64,000 nt of DNA, taken from positions 30,345 through 94,344 of IMG/VR virus record IMGVR_UViG_3300038393_001444, one strand, 5' to 3'. Below are positions 54,484 through 63,053 of this stretch, in pieces. The notes beneath the pieces were generated by a model, which saw nothing but the letters and a program-made list of their open reading frames with translations, did no database searches and had not been told where the DNA came from. This DNA comes from a virus. Position 1 is the stretch's first letter. Every line of letters starts with the position of its first letter. A program made the position numbers and the translations under genes.

Positions 54484-54807
54484 TCACTCGGCTGCCTTGT
54501 CGAGAAAGTCCCGCAATTCCTGTCGCGTCAGATCTGCAGGGACTTCAATTCCATCGGCAGCATCGGCGGCCCTTGCCGCAAGTAATGCCGCCAGTCCACG
54601 CTGTCCCGCCTCAACTTCGGCCGGATGGCAATCAGATGTAAATTGAGCAGCATTATTTTCCCGCTCGACAACGTTTGCCTTCGCCGCCTGCCAGCCTTCC
54701 CATCGCGCCCGCACGAACTCATCGACATAGCCGACGCTGTTGTCGCGCTTGGCTTGCCGCTGCGACAGTTGAAAGTGCGCCTCGAAGGCGGCGCGGGTAT
54801 CGGTCAT
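54484..54807 (-). CDS. Hypothetical protein
   Basis: RAAFEA..WEGWQAA module; ATGA coupling. Confidence 0.65.
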   Translation of the reverse strand: MTDTRAAFEAHFQLSQRQAKRDNSVGYVDEFVRARWEGWQAAKANVVERENNAAQFTSDCHPAEVEAGQRGLAALLAARAADAADGIEVPADLTRQELRDFLDKAAE

Positions 54808-55250
54808 TGCGGTTCTCCGGGTTGAGCCGTATTCAAGAGCTTCCAAGGCTTATCTTCATCGTCATCGCCATTTGCAATCGCCGGTTGCTTCCAGTCGATG
54901 ATCTTGCCGTCGCTGCCGACCTTGAAGATGATGTAATCGCCATATCCTCGGTCGCCGATGCAGAGAATGCGGTCTGGAACGTAATAGCTGGCCCACTTGG
55001 CAATCCGCTTCTTGTTCTCGTCCAGCAGCCAGTATTCGCCGTCATCACAGACTTTGTAATGCACATCGGCCTCGGTGCCTTCCGGCCAGCCGATGATCTG
55101 GCCGGTTGCCAGCTCGATCACGGGCTTCCAGTCGTTTCCAACACGGAACGGGATTTCCCCGTTCGTATCTTCTTTACCATTGACGGTGGCATCCTCCCAA
55201 TACCGGACGCCGGCATTGACCTCGATGTAACGCGCTGTGCTTAATTGCAT
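54804..55250 (-). CDS. Hypothetical acidic protein
   Basis: VRYWEDATVNG, HYKVCD.G.Y, YGDYII; RBS. Confidence 0.7.
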   Translation of the reverse strand: MQLSTARYIEVNAGVRYWEDATVNGKEDTNGEIPFRVGNDWKPVIELATGQIIGWPEGTEADVHYKVCDDGEYWLLDENKKRIAKWASYYVPDRILCIGDRGYGDYIIFKVGSDGKIIDWKQPAIANGDDDEDKPWKLLNTAQPGEPQ

Positions 55251-55489
55251 GTTTGTCACTCCCTAAAATTCAAAGATCGGACTTGCAGGTAAAAACTAGC
55301 CGTATGGATAAGATGGCTTATTTGCCGGTCTATTTATCGAGGCGAATTGCTAAATATACAATTGGCGCGAGGATTAAATAAGCGATCAGCGTCCCTTTCC
55401 ATATCGCCGACCATAGAATCGGATCGAGGCACAAATAGCCGAAAGCCAGAAAAACCAGCCCCGGCCAAAGAACAATGAAAAGGAAGGCT

Positions 55490-55957
55490 TTATTGCTCAT
55501 TGTGTATTTCCTCCTGCGCTTGAATCGGCAATGGAATCCAGCTGGATTTCTTCTTTAGCAATTTCCGGCGGTGCCAATCGGCACGCTTTTTTGCGCGGTA
55601 CCGATCGAGCATTTCCGGGTCGCTATAAATGCGTTTGCGATACTCCCGCGAATACTCCACGTCGGTGCGGCTATTCGGCTTCGGGGCATCGGGCAGGCTT
55701 CCCGGGGAAAAGACCGGGGAAAATCGCCCGCGCGAATTCTGATTCCAGCCGCTGATGTAGATGATCTTCCGCTTCAGGCGCATGTGCTGCGTCACGCGGG
55801 CGGCGGTGCGGTCGCCCATGAACAGGCGTTCGGCGATCTGGCGAGCCGTCATCGGCCCCATGCCGCCTTCGCTGACCGGCTGCAGCGCGGTCAGAATGCG
55901 CTCGATGCGCAGCAGCGACATGGGGTTGGCGTAGGTGCGACGCGGGTGCTGTTTCAT
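55490..55957 (-). CDS. HTH-type DNA-binding protein
   Basis: MTARQIAERL..IYISGW..G..PDAPKP; basic tail. Confidence 0.65.
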   Translation of the reverse strand: MKQHPRRTYANPMSLLRIERILTALQPVSEGGMGPMTARQIAERLFMGDRTAARVTQHMRLKRKIIYISGWNQNSRGRFSPVFSPGSLPDAPKPNSRTDVEYSREYRKRIYSDPEMLDRYRAKKRADWHRRKLLKKKSSWIPLPIQAQEEIHNEQ

Positions 55958-56445
55958 TCCGCCGGCAGCAGCGTTCGCCGCTCGCTCAGTTTCCACTTCA
56001 CGCCGGCCGCCTTCAGCAGCGCATCGGTGACTGCGCCATCGCCAGCGCGGTCCTTGCCGTGGCGGAACGCCGCCGACAGCCCGAAGCGCTTGGCCACAGC
56101 CTGGAATGCCTTCGGCTCGAGCGGCCACGTGCGGCTGACCGCGTTTGCCCGGTAGTAGACGTCCTTCGGCAGCGGCAGGAGCTCGCCCTTGAACTTCTCG
56201 ATGGAGCTCGGCGAGTACACGTCGCCGCGCCATTCCACCCATGCGTGAATGAACGGCACGGGCGAGGCATCCGGGTTCTTCTCCAGTTCCTCGGGCGTGG
56301 CCGCGCGCACCACGCCGAACATCAGCGTGGCGTTGCGCAGATCCAGCATCAGCGCCGCCGCGCGCTGGACGCACGTTCCCGTGTTGCCGGTGCGCGACTT
56401 GAACGTCAGCGCGCTGGCCAAGTGGGTCAGCGTGATATCGGTCAT
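55954..56445 (-). CDS. Transglutaminase/papain-like fold candidate
   Basis: GTCVQRA and FIHAWVE motifs. Confidence 0.55.
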   Translation of the reverse strand: MTDITLTHLASALTFKSRTGNTGTCVQRAAALMLDLRNATLMFGVVRAATPEELEKNPDASPVPFIHAWVEWRGDVYSPSSIEKFKGELLPLPKDVYYRANAVSRTWPLEPKAFQAVAKRFGLSAAFRHGKDRAGDGAVTDALLKAAGVKWKLSERRTLLPAE

Positions 56446-56996
56446 TGCTCGGCTCCGAGAACGGACGTGAAGATCTCGTTGATCGTGTGGGTGAGCTCGT
56501 CCAGCGTGAACGACGCGATGATGCCGCCGCGCAGATCCGCCGACAGCTTCGCATTCCAGATCCGCGCGAGCTCGCCGGCGACTTGATCCTGGGTCAGCTG
56601 CGGGATGCGCGGCGCGACTTCGGTTTGCGCCGTGAGCTCATCGCCTGCCGCCGCCTGCATATCGCCTTCCTCGAACATTGCGCCCAGCGCTCTGCCCATC
56701 TGGCAGCCGGGGCACTGGCATGCGGCATCCGGCTCGCCCAGCGCTTCGGCGGCGCGCTGGCGGTCGTTCGCGTCGAACTCGAAGTTGGCCACGATCTCGG
56801 CGGCTTCCTGCGGCATGCCGCAGATCTGCTTCAGTTCTGCGCTTCGCATCATGCGCCATTCATAGCGGCTCATGCCCAGCGGCGGCGTCGCGCGGGGGAT
56901 GCGCGCGAAACCGCTTCGGGAATCGGCGGCTTTCGGCTTATCCGTGCAATTTTGGCAACCGCAGGCGGTATTCTTGGGGGTGCTGGTTTCCGACAT
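56442..56996 (-). CDS. Hypothetical protein with CxCxxC motifs
   Basis: First gene after promoter; RBS AAGGA. Confidence 0.65.
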   Translation of the reverse strand: MSETSTPKNTACGCQNCTDKPKAADSRSGFARIPRATPPLGMSRYEWRMMRSAELKQICGMPQEAAEIVANFEFDANDRQRAAEALGEPDAACQCPGCQMGRALGAMFEEGDMQAAAGDELTAQTEVAPRIPQLTQDQVAGELARIWNAKLSADLRGGIIASFTLDELTHTINEIFTSVLGAEQ

Positions 56997-57040
56997 GGGA
57001 AGATCCTTTCGTTGGTTGGGTGGTGGTGTTGCTGGATCGA

Positions 57041-57068
57041 ATTATAACGCAAGGCGTGATTTCGGCAA
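57041..57068 (-). promoter_or_regulatory. Sigma70 early promoter with operator TAACGC-aag-GCGTGA
   Basis: TTGCCG-N16-TATAAT; operator 57045-57059. Confidence 0.8.
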
Positions 57069-57081
57069 GCAGATTTCATTG

Positions 57082-57107
57082 AAAAAAAGCCCGAACGTGT
57101 CGGGCTT
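57082..57107 (-). terminator. Rho-independent terminator
   Basis: A7-GCCCGA-loop-TCGGGCTT. Confidence 0.8.
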
Positions 57108-57127
57108 GGGGCTGGTGCTGATGCGGG

Positions 57128-58120
57128 CTATTCGGTGCGGTGCATCTTGTCGATCACGGCTTGGGTGGCGCACATGGCCGACGCCAAGATCCGACGCCCG
57201 TGCCAGTCTGGATCGAAGATCTCGGTGCCCGGCGGGTAGTTCTTGCGGAACCATCCCATGAAATCCTCTAGCTGCGGCAGATCCTGGCCAGCCTGCAGCG
57301 CCTTGATCATCGCCGGCACTTCATCCAGCCAGAGTTTGCCGCCTTCCTCTGCGGCGTAGCCTCTGCTGCCGTAGCGCTCGATGGCCAGCGGCAGGGAAGT
57401 GGTGGTGTGGTGCCGGTACATGCGCTCGATGAGATCCAGCACCGGATGCGGAACGGCTGACGCAGCGTTGAGCACTGCCCGCACGAGGCCCGTGGCATTG
57501 TCGCCCGTAGAATCATGCGAGAATGCTTCCAGCGCCTCATGAACGAGCGGCTGATCGCTGATCTTCTCGGCCGATGCCCAGCCGCCCCGGTTGCGGTCCC
57601 GGTAGTAGGCGGTGATCGGGTCGACGGGCTGGACACTCGGCGCTGCTGGTGCGGCGGCACAGACGTATTGCGGCACGTCACCTATCGCTCCAATCATGAT
57701 GACTGATCCACAGATGCCGCAGTCGCCGGTACGATAGCGGCGGACGGTCTGCGCATCGCCAGGCGCGGCGCTCGGTGCAGGATGCGTGTAGAGCTTCGTG
57801 CCCGCCCCAATCGCTTCCCAATCCACCAGTGGCCGCATGTGCCAGCCGTGTACCGGATCGTTGGCGACTACCTCGCCCACTGGAATGGCGGGCGCTGCGC
57901 TCGGCACGGCAGGGTGAAGATAGGCGGCATGCAGGCTATCTTCCAGCAGCGCGGTGATCTCTTCCAGCAGGCAGCTGCCATCGCAGTCGGCCTCGTCGTA
58001 GTGGACGGTTTCTTCCAGCAGGTTCAGCACGTAGCCGCTGCGGTTCTGCTTGTCCAGCAGATCGCGGGCGGCTTGCAGCAGGATCAGCGCGCGCTCGTGT
58101 GTGGATTGGTCAGTGCTCAT
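57128..58120 (-). CDS. Mosaic hypothetical early protein
   Basis: Short modules joined by Pro/Ala linkers (LYTHPAPS). Confidence 0.65.
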   Translation of the reverse strand: MSTDQSTHERALILLQAARDLLDKQNRSGYVLNLLEETVHYDEADCDGSCLLEEITALLEDSLHAAYLHPAVPSAAPAIPVGEVVANDPVHGWHMRPLVDWEAIGAGTKLYTHPAPSAAPGDAQTVRRYRTGDCGICGSVIMIGAIGDVPQYVCAAAPAAPSVQPVDPITAYYRDRNRGGWASAEKISDQPLVHEALEAFSHDSTGDNATGLVRAVLNAASAVPHPVLDLIERMYRHHTTTSLPLAIERYGSRGYAAEEGGKLWLDEVPAMIKALQAGQDLPQLEDFMGWFRKNYPPGTEIFDPDWHGRRILASAMCATQAVIDKMHRTE

Positions 58121-58650
58121 TCAGTTTTCTCGGGTTGTGTGGGTGGTATCAAATCGCCATTCCAGTCGCCGCCTGGGCGCGGGAATGTGCTGCCATTGGT
58201 GCCCCATTGCCAGCCGCGCTCGGTGCGCCGCCAGTGGCCGCCGCCGATGGCTGGCGCGATGGTGCCGAGCGGCGCGTTCTCCAGTGTCGGGCGCTTGGCC
58301 AGTTCGGAAACCCAAGCATGGAAGCCATCCAGAATCGGTTTCACGTTGCCATCGTCTGCCCAGCCGGCAAAGCCTATGAATCCGTCCGTGTTGAACGTGA
58401 TCGCCTCGCGCTCGCTGAAGTAGTAAGCACGGCACTTCAGTTCGGCGTAGCGGCCCCATTTCGTTTGCTGCACCACGCCGCGTTGCTTGCAGCGCAGGGA
58501 GCCCTGCATGCAGCCGCTGGCCTCCATGCGTTCATTGACCAGCGCGCGCAGCAGACGCATGGTGGACGCATTCAGCGCGTCATAGGTAAGCCCGGCCGCC
58601 TGGAACGCATCGCGCGCGGCCTTGCGCATTTCTTCGCCTTGGGTGCTCAC
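58117..58650 (-). CDS. Hypothetical protein
   Basis: YFSEREAITFNTDGFIGFAGWADD.N.KP module. Confidence 0.7.
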   Translation of the reverse strand: MSTQGEEMRKAARDAFQAAGLTYDALNASTMRLLRALVNERMEASGCMQGSLRCKQRGVVQQTKWGRYAELKCRAYYFSEREAITFNTDGFIGFAGWADDGNVKPILDGFHAWVSELAKRPTLENAPLGTIAPAIGGGHWRRTERGWQWGTNGSTFPRPGGDWNGDLIPPTQPEKTE

Positions 58651-59129
58651 AGCCTGTTTCCCCTTCCTTCGTTGATATCGACAGCCGCGCGCAGGATGGC
58701 CACGCGCAGCGCCCGCTCTTCGGTCGGGTGCTTGTCCAGCGGCTCGTAGACCATCAGCGAATGGTTGCGGGTGCCGGCGATCGCCTGTCCGGCGGCGATG
58801 CCGATGTTGAAGATCCGGAAGCGCAGCTGCAGCCGGAATGCCGCGCCGTCATCCTGGCCCGGGTGATCCCCGGCCGGCAGCGGCAGGCGCGCCTCGAGCA
58901 TCAGGATCTCGGCGTCGGTCATGAACTCGCCACTGCGCGCCGCCGGCATGCCTTCCTTGGTGTCGAGGATGCGCGACACGAGCGACGTCGAGACGCGCGC
59001 CTGCCGGGCGATATCGGCGATCCTGGCCGGCGTCTTGCGGTAGGCATCCCACACATGCGCGCAGAGCTCGGCGCGGGTTTCGAAGCGGCCGGTGATGCGC
59101 TTGCGGCCGCGCGTTTCGATCTTATCCAT
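58647..59129 (-). CDS. HTH-containing hypothetical protein
   Basis: IADIARQARVSTSLVSRIL helix-turn-helix. Confidence 0.65.
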   Translation of the reverse strand: MDKIETRGRKRITGRFETRAELCAHVWDAYRKTPARIADIARQARVSTSLVSRILDTKEGMPAARSGEFMTDAEILMLEARLPLPAGDHPGQDDGAAFRLQLRFRIFNIGIAAGQAIAGTRNHSLMVYEPLDKHPTEERALRVAILRAAVDINEGRGNRL

Positions 59130-59487
59130 GGGCGGCCTCGTCGGCGTCCGGTTCGCTCTTCAGGATGGCCAGCACGGCGCGGCAGATCGCCACGCGCACG
59201 GCGGTGTCGCGGTCCTTGTGCTTGTCGAAGTATTCCAGCTGCTCACGGACGCGCACGGAATCGCTCATGCTCGGGGAACTCGGCCAGCAGCCGAATTCGA
59301 CCATCAGCGGGCCGCAGGCTTCCCACTGGCGCGTCCACGTTGGCAATGCGCTTTCTGCCATCTTCAGCGGATGCAGGCCGCCATATCCGCATGGCTCGCC
59401 CATGAATTTGATCGGGCGCAGATTCGTCCAGCCCAGCGCCTCGCCGAGCTCCTTGTCCAGTGCTGCCAATGCTTGCGTATTCATCAT
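59122..59487 (-). CDS. NinX/ABA-sandwich-like protein
   Basis: LDKELGEALGW, P.W..QWEACGPLM, VAICRAVL. Confidence 0.65.
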   Translation of the reverse strand: MMNTQALAALDKELGEALGWTNLRPIKFMGEPCGYGGLHPLKMAESALPTWTRQWEACGPLMVEFGCWPSSPSMSDSVRVREQLEYFDKHKDRDTAVRVAICRAVLAILKSEPDADEAAHG

Positions 59488-59497
59488 GGCCGCGCCC

Positions 59498-59857
59498 TTA
59501 CATGAGATCGATGAACGGATCGGTATTGAGCCCGGTCTGCTCGCTGATGCATTTCAGGATCTGGCCGCCGGCAACATCGGGCACGGTGGCGACCATCTGC
59601 TCGACGCTCTTGCCGTCGACCTTGAACTTGCGGCCGAAGGTCAGCTGGTACACGCCCGGCACGGCGGTGGCTGTGATGTTCACCCGGTTGATCTGGCGCA
59701 GCGCCACGTAGCTCGGCAGGCGGAAGCGCAGGGTGTCGACATTCATCTGCTGGAAGCCGTGCGCGCCGGTCAGCTGGTTGAAGCGCGCGGCGGTGAGGAT
59801 GGTCACGATCGAGCGGATGCGCGCCGGCAGCGGGGTGGGAGTCGGTTTTTGTGCCAT
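59498..59857 (-). CDS. Hypothetical protein
   Basis: RBS AAGGAG after promoter. Confidence 0.7.
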   Translation of the reverse strand: MAQKPTPTPLPARIRSIVTILTAARFNQLTGAHGFQQMNVDTLRFRLPSYVALRQINRVNITATAVPGVYQLTFGRKFKVDGKSVEQMVATVPDVAGGQILKCISEQTGLNTDPFIDLM

Positions 59858-59904
59858 GGTTTTTCTCCTTTTTGTGCGGGTTTAATTGCGTTCTCAACGG
59901 AATC

Positions 59905-59932
59905 ATTATAACGCCAAGCGTGAGTTGCGCAA
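59905..59932 (-). promoter_or_regulatory. Sigma70 early promoter with operator TAACGC-caa-GCGTGA
   Basis: TTGCGC-N16-TATAAT; operator 59909-59923. Confidence 0.8.
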
Positions 59933-59950
59933 GAATTATTTTCGACCAAC

Positions 59951-59974
59951 AAAAAAGCCCGCACGCGGCGGGCT
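59951..59974 (-). terminator. Rho-independent terminator
   Basis: A6-GCCCGC-loop-GCGGGCT. Confidence 0.75.
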
Positions 59975-59991
59975 CGGTGGGACGGGAAGAG

Positions 59992-60222
59992 TCATCGCAG
60001 CCGCATAGCGCGCCGGCCGAGATCTCGCAGTTCCTTGCGCGTGTTCTCTACGTGAACGATCTTGCCGCGCGTCTGGCTGGCGAACACGTCCGTGGACGCG
60101 TCATCGTCGGCAATGCGCCGCGCCTTGCTTGGATCGCTCGACCAGCTGAATCGATAGCCCATGCCGGTGGCGTAGCTATGCCCCGTCATGTAGCGGCTGC
60201 CCCTCTTGATGATGTAGGCCAT
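59992..60222 (-). CDS. Hypothetical protein
   Basis: RBS AGGAG. Confidence 0.65.
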   Translation of the reverse strand: MAYIIKRGSRYMTGHSYATGMGYRFSWSSDPSKARRIADDDASTDVFASQTRGKIVHVENTRKELRDLGRRAMRLR

Positions 60223-60239
60223 GTGTCTCTCCTGGGTGG

Positions 60240-60446
60240 TTAGTCTGTCGGCGGGTCGAACGATCGGGCCTGAATGCAGAGCTCGTGCGCCTGCTCGAGC
60301 GCCTTCTGCCCGGCCTCATAGCCGTTCGGGTTGCGGTCATTGCCATGATTCTGCATGGCGGTGCCGATCAAGTGCTGCAGCGTGGTGATGACCTTCAGCA
60401 GATCGCGGCGGCTCGGCTTCTTATGGACGGTATCCATGCGCGTCAT
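60240..60446 (-). CDS. Hypothetical protein
   Basis: ATGA coupling. Confidence 0.6.
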   Translation of the reverse strand: MTRMDTVHKKPSRRDLLKVITTLQHLIGTAMQNHGNDRNPNGYEAGQKALEQAHELCIQARSFDPPTD

Positions 60447-60733
60447 GCGAACCGCACTTCGGTGGCCAGCTTGCGGATCTCGGCGGCGCGCGCATCCAAA
60501 TGGGCATCGATCTCGGCAATCAGGGGCCGCAGATCGCTGCAGACTGCTTCGCGGGTATGGACAAAGCCGCCATCCGCCCGGCGGTAGCCGACCAGCGTGG
60601 CGCGCAAACCATAGGGTTCCGGGCTGCGGGTGATGAAGATATGGACGTTGCGATACACGAATACGGCATCGGCCATGCTGCGCGCGGGTAGGCGCTTGAT
60701 GCGCGCCCGGGAAGCGGGAATGGTGTGGGTCAT
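60443..60733 (-). CDS. Hypothetical protein
   Basis: Start MTHTIP with AAGGA RBS. Confidence 0.6.
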   Translation of the reverse strand: MTHTIPASRARIKRLPARSMADAVFVYRNVHIFITRSPEPYGLRATLVGYRRADGGFVHTREAVCSDLRPLIAEIDAHLDARAAEIRKLATEVRFA

Positions 60734-60828
60734 GTTGGTTTCCTTGTTTTCATGGGGATATATTGCGCGGCGGACAATGCGCCTGACGTTCCCGACTGTC
60801 AAGCGACGTGTTTCCGGGCAACTCCCGC

Positions 60829-61845
60829 TTACTCGGTCGCCTGCCCGGCCGCGTAGGCTTCGATCAGCGCCGCCTTGATGTGCTGGCTGATGTTGTGCAT
60901 GCCATGCCCGGGGAATCGCTTCTGGATGATTTCCTGCAGCTGCGCATCGCGCCTCCGGTCGAGTTCCTTATCCACCAGCTTCTTTGCCGATTCGAGGCTG
61001 CCCACATTGGTCGGCAGGCCATAAAGGGTGACCGCGAATCCGAATTCCAGCTTGCGGATCTTGTGGCCGCGATATTCCAGATCCGCCGATGGCAGCGGGA
61101 TCATGGCCGGCAGCTTGATCTCGGCCTGCGCAGACGTGCATTGGATATACAGCCGCACGAGCTCCCTTGCATAGTCGAACCGATTGCCACATTCCGCCGT
61201 GCCGATCGCCTGCCGAACTTCCGGGCTGTTCATGCTCAGTAGTTGGAATATCCGGCCGCAGAGCACGTGCCGTTGCGCCTCATTGCTCAGATCCAGACCG
61301 TGCGCTTGCCCGCCGATCATGGCCACGCCTTCCGCCGTGAGTGCCTTGGCCTGCTGCTCCGGCTCATGCGCCGCAACATAGTGATCAATCGCCGCCTGCA
61401 TGCCGGATAGCGTCTTGGTGGCCAGCAGCGATTTGCCGTTTTGCTTGTGGATATACAGCCCGGCATTTGGCCCGCTGCTCTTCTGTTCGAAGGTGAAGCC
61501 GCGATAGGTGTAAGAACCGTCTGCGTTCTTGACCGGCTTGGCCGGCTCTTCCGCTGCCGGGGCTGCTGCCTGCTCGGCTGCCGGCGCTTCCGCCTTCGGT
61601 GCGTTGGCGATGTAGAAGTTGGCCAGCGCATGAACGGCTTGATGGCGGCTCATGTTTGCCTCGGTGCCCATCCATTCTTTCATGGCGAACACCTTGGTGA
61701 CCGCAGTCTTTTCCGCCACGCGGCTGCGGAAGATCGCGCGATCCTCAGCATCGTTCAGGTCCAGACCTTCGGCGCACGGGGCGAGATATTCGAACACGGT
61801 CGGCTCGGTGGTTTGCTCTGCTGCTTTGGTTGCGGCGTTGTTCAT
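60829..61845 (-). CDS. Hypothetical early protein with internal repeats
   Basis: Two GLDL(N/S)..E..R repeats and two YRG modules; first gene after promoter. Confidence 0.75.
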   Translation of the reverse strand: MNNAATKAAEQTTEPTVFEYLAPCAEGLDLNDAEDRAIFRSRVAEKTAVTKVFAMKEWMGTEANMSRHQAVHALANFYIANAPKAEAPAAEQAAAPAAEEPAKPVKNADGSYTYRGFTFEQKSSGPNAGLYIHKQNGKSLLATKTLSGMQAAIDHYVAAHEPEQQAKALTAEGVAMIGGQAHGLDLSNEAQRHVLCGRIFQLLSMNSPEVRQAIGTAECGNRFDYARELVRLYIQCTSAQAEIKLPAMIPLPSADLEYRGHKIRKLEFGFAVTLYGLPTNVGSLESAKKLVDKELDRRRDAQLQEIIQKRFPGHGMHNISQHIKAALIEAYAAGQATE

Positions 61846-61883
61846 GTTGTTTCTCCCGGTTGCGTTGTGTTTTCAATGAGATC

Positions 61884-61911
61884 AGTATAGCGCATTGCGT
61901 GAGCATAGCAA
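61884..61911 (-). promoter_or_regulatory. Sigma70 early promoter with operator TAGCGC-att-GCGTGA
   Basis: TTGCTA-N16-TATACT; operator 61888-61902. Confidence 0.8.
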
Positions 61912-61970
61912 CCATTATTTCGATGTTCCGGCAAAATAATTTCGCATCGCATCCTGGCGGGGTGGGGAGA

Positions 61971-62097
61971 AAACTACCCACCTACCCACTTACTACCTAC
62001 CAACTCCCCACTTACTAGATTCCGCCTGTCTAGTAACCCACTTTCCCCCCAAAGTTTCCGGTTTCCGTTTCCCGGTTTCCCGCCAGCATCGGTTTCC
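61971..62097. repeat. CTACC/CCCAC repeats plus five GTTTCC repeats, candidate packaging/terminus region
   Basis: Strongly strand-skewed non-coding tract upstream of putative terS. Confidence 0.55.
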
Positions 62098-62101
62098 GCC
62101 G

Positions 62102-62117
62102 GTCGTGACGCGATAGT
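62102..62117 (+). promoter_or_regulatory. Late-promoter motif copy 12 (GTCGTGA-cgc-GATAGT)
   Basis: Consensus match upstream of packaging operon. Confidence 0.7.
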
Positions 62118-62160
62118 TGCCCCATCGTATTCACTGATTCCGCAACGAAACGCTGCCCCG

Positions 62161-62736
62161 ATGGCCCTGCCTGATCCGAAATCCGACCTGTGGGCGTATG
62201 CCCGCGCCCGCTGGGAGAACGAGCCCAGCTGCTCCTTTGCCGACCTCTGTGAGCTCCTGGGCGTCACGCGCCAAGGCATCGGGAAACGCGCAAGGAAGGA
62301 AGGCTGGCAGAAGAAAGCCAATGGTGCCGACCTGACAAGCAAGGCACATGCGGCCGCTGATGCCCGCCTTGCCGAAGAGTTCGTGAAAAACCGGGAGGGC
62401 GCGCCGCGCGCATCGGTGGATAGCCCGGCAGTTGACACGCTGCCAAGTTCCGATCCGGTTTCCGTGGCCGAGCCCGATGGCGATTCGCTGCCGCCGTCGC
62501 AAATCTCCGAGATCGCATCGGTGACGGCGCGCGCCGACGTGATTGGCCGGCATCGCAAGGAAATCAACGCGGTGCGGGTCATCCTGTACCGCTCGATCAA
62601 GAGTGGCGACGAGACCATGGCGAAGAAGGTGAAGGCCAACGTCGAATCGCTGGCCAAGCTGCAGGAAACCGAACGCAAGGCGTGGGGCATCGAGTCGGGC
62701 GATGAAAAGCCGACTGTCGTGGTCACGCGCGGCTGA
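62161..62736 (+). CDS. Probable terminase small subunit
   Basis: N-terminal HTH (ADLCELLGVTRQGIGKRARKEGW), LQETERKAWGI C-motif; heads late operon. Confidence 0.65.
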   Translation: MALPDPKSDLWAYARARWENEPSCSFADLCELLGVTRQGIGKRARKEGWQKKANGADLTSKAHAAADARLAEEFVKNREGAPRASVDSPAVDTLPSSDPVSVAEPDGDSLPPSQISEIASVTARADVIGRHRKEINAVRVILYRSIKSGDETMAKKVKANVESLAKLQETERKAWGIESGDEKPTVVVTRG

Positions 62737-62783
62737 GAACAGAGAAGCCGGCGCGGTGCCGGCGAGAGTGAAGGGGAAGTGGT

Positions 62784-63053
62784 ATGCGCAATGTTTTCAA
62801 GTATGCCCTGCCGGCATCCGGCTACATGGATTTTCATGTGCCGCAGGGCACGGAAGTGCTGTCGGCGCAGGAGCAGCACAGCTCCCTGGTGCTGTATGTG
62901 GCGCAGCCAGATCTCGCGCCGTGCTTCGAGTCGTTTCGCGTCTATGTGGTGCTCACGGGCGGCCCGGTGCCCGACGATGCCCGCTATCTCAACACGGTGA
63001 TGATGCACGGCGGCGACTACGTGGTGCACGTGTTCATCCGCCATGGCCACTAA
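62784..63053 (+). CDS. Conserved small phage protein
   Basis: VFKY.LP, P.G.EVLS.Q.Q, TG, YL.TV..G.YV.HVF. Confidence 0.7.
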   Translation: MRNVFKYALPASGYMDFHVPQGTEVLSAQEQHSSLVLYVAQPDLAPCFESFRVYVVLTGGPVPDDARYLNTVMMHGGDYVVHVFIRHGH

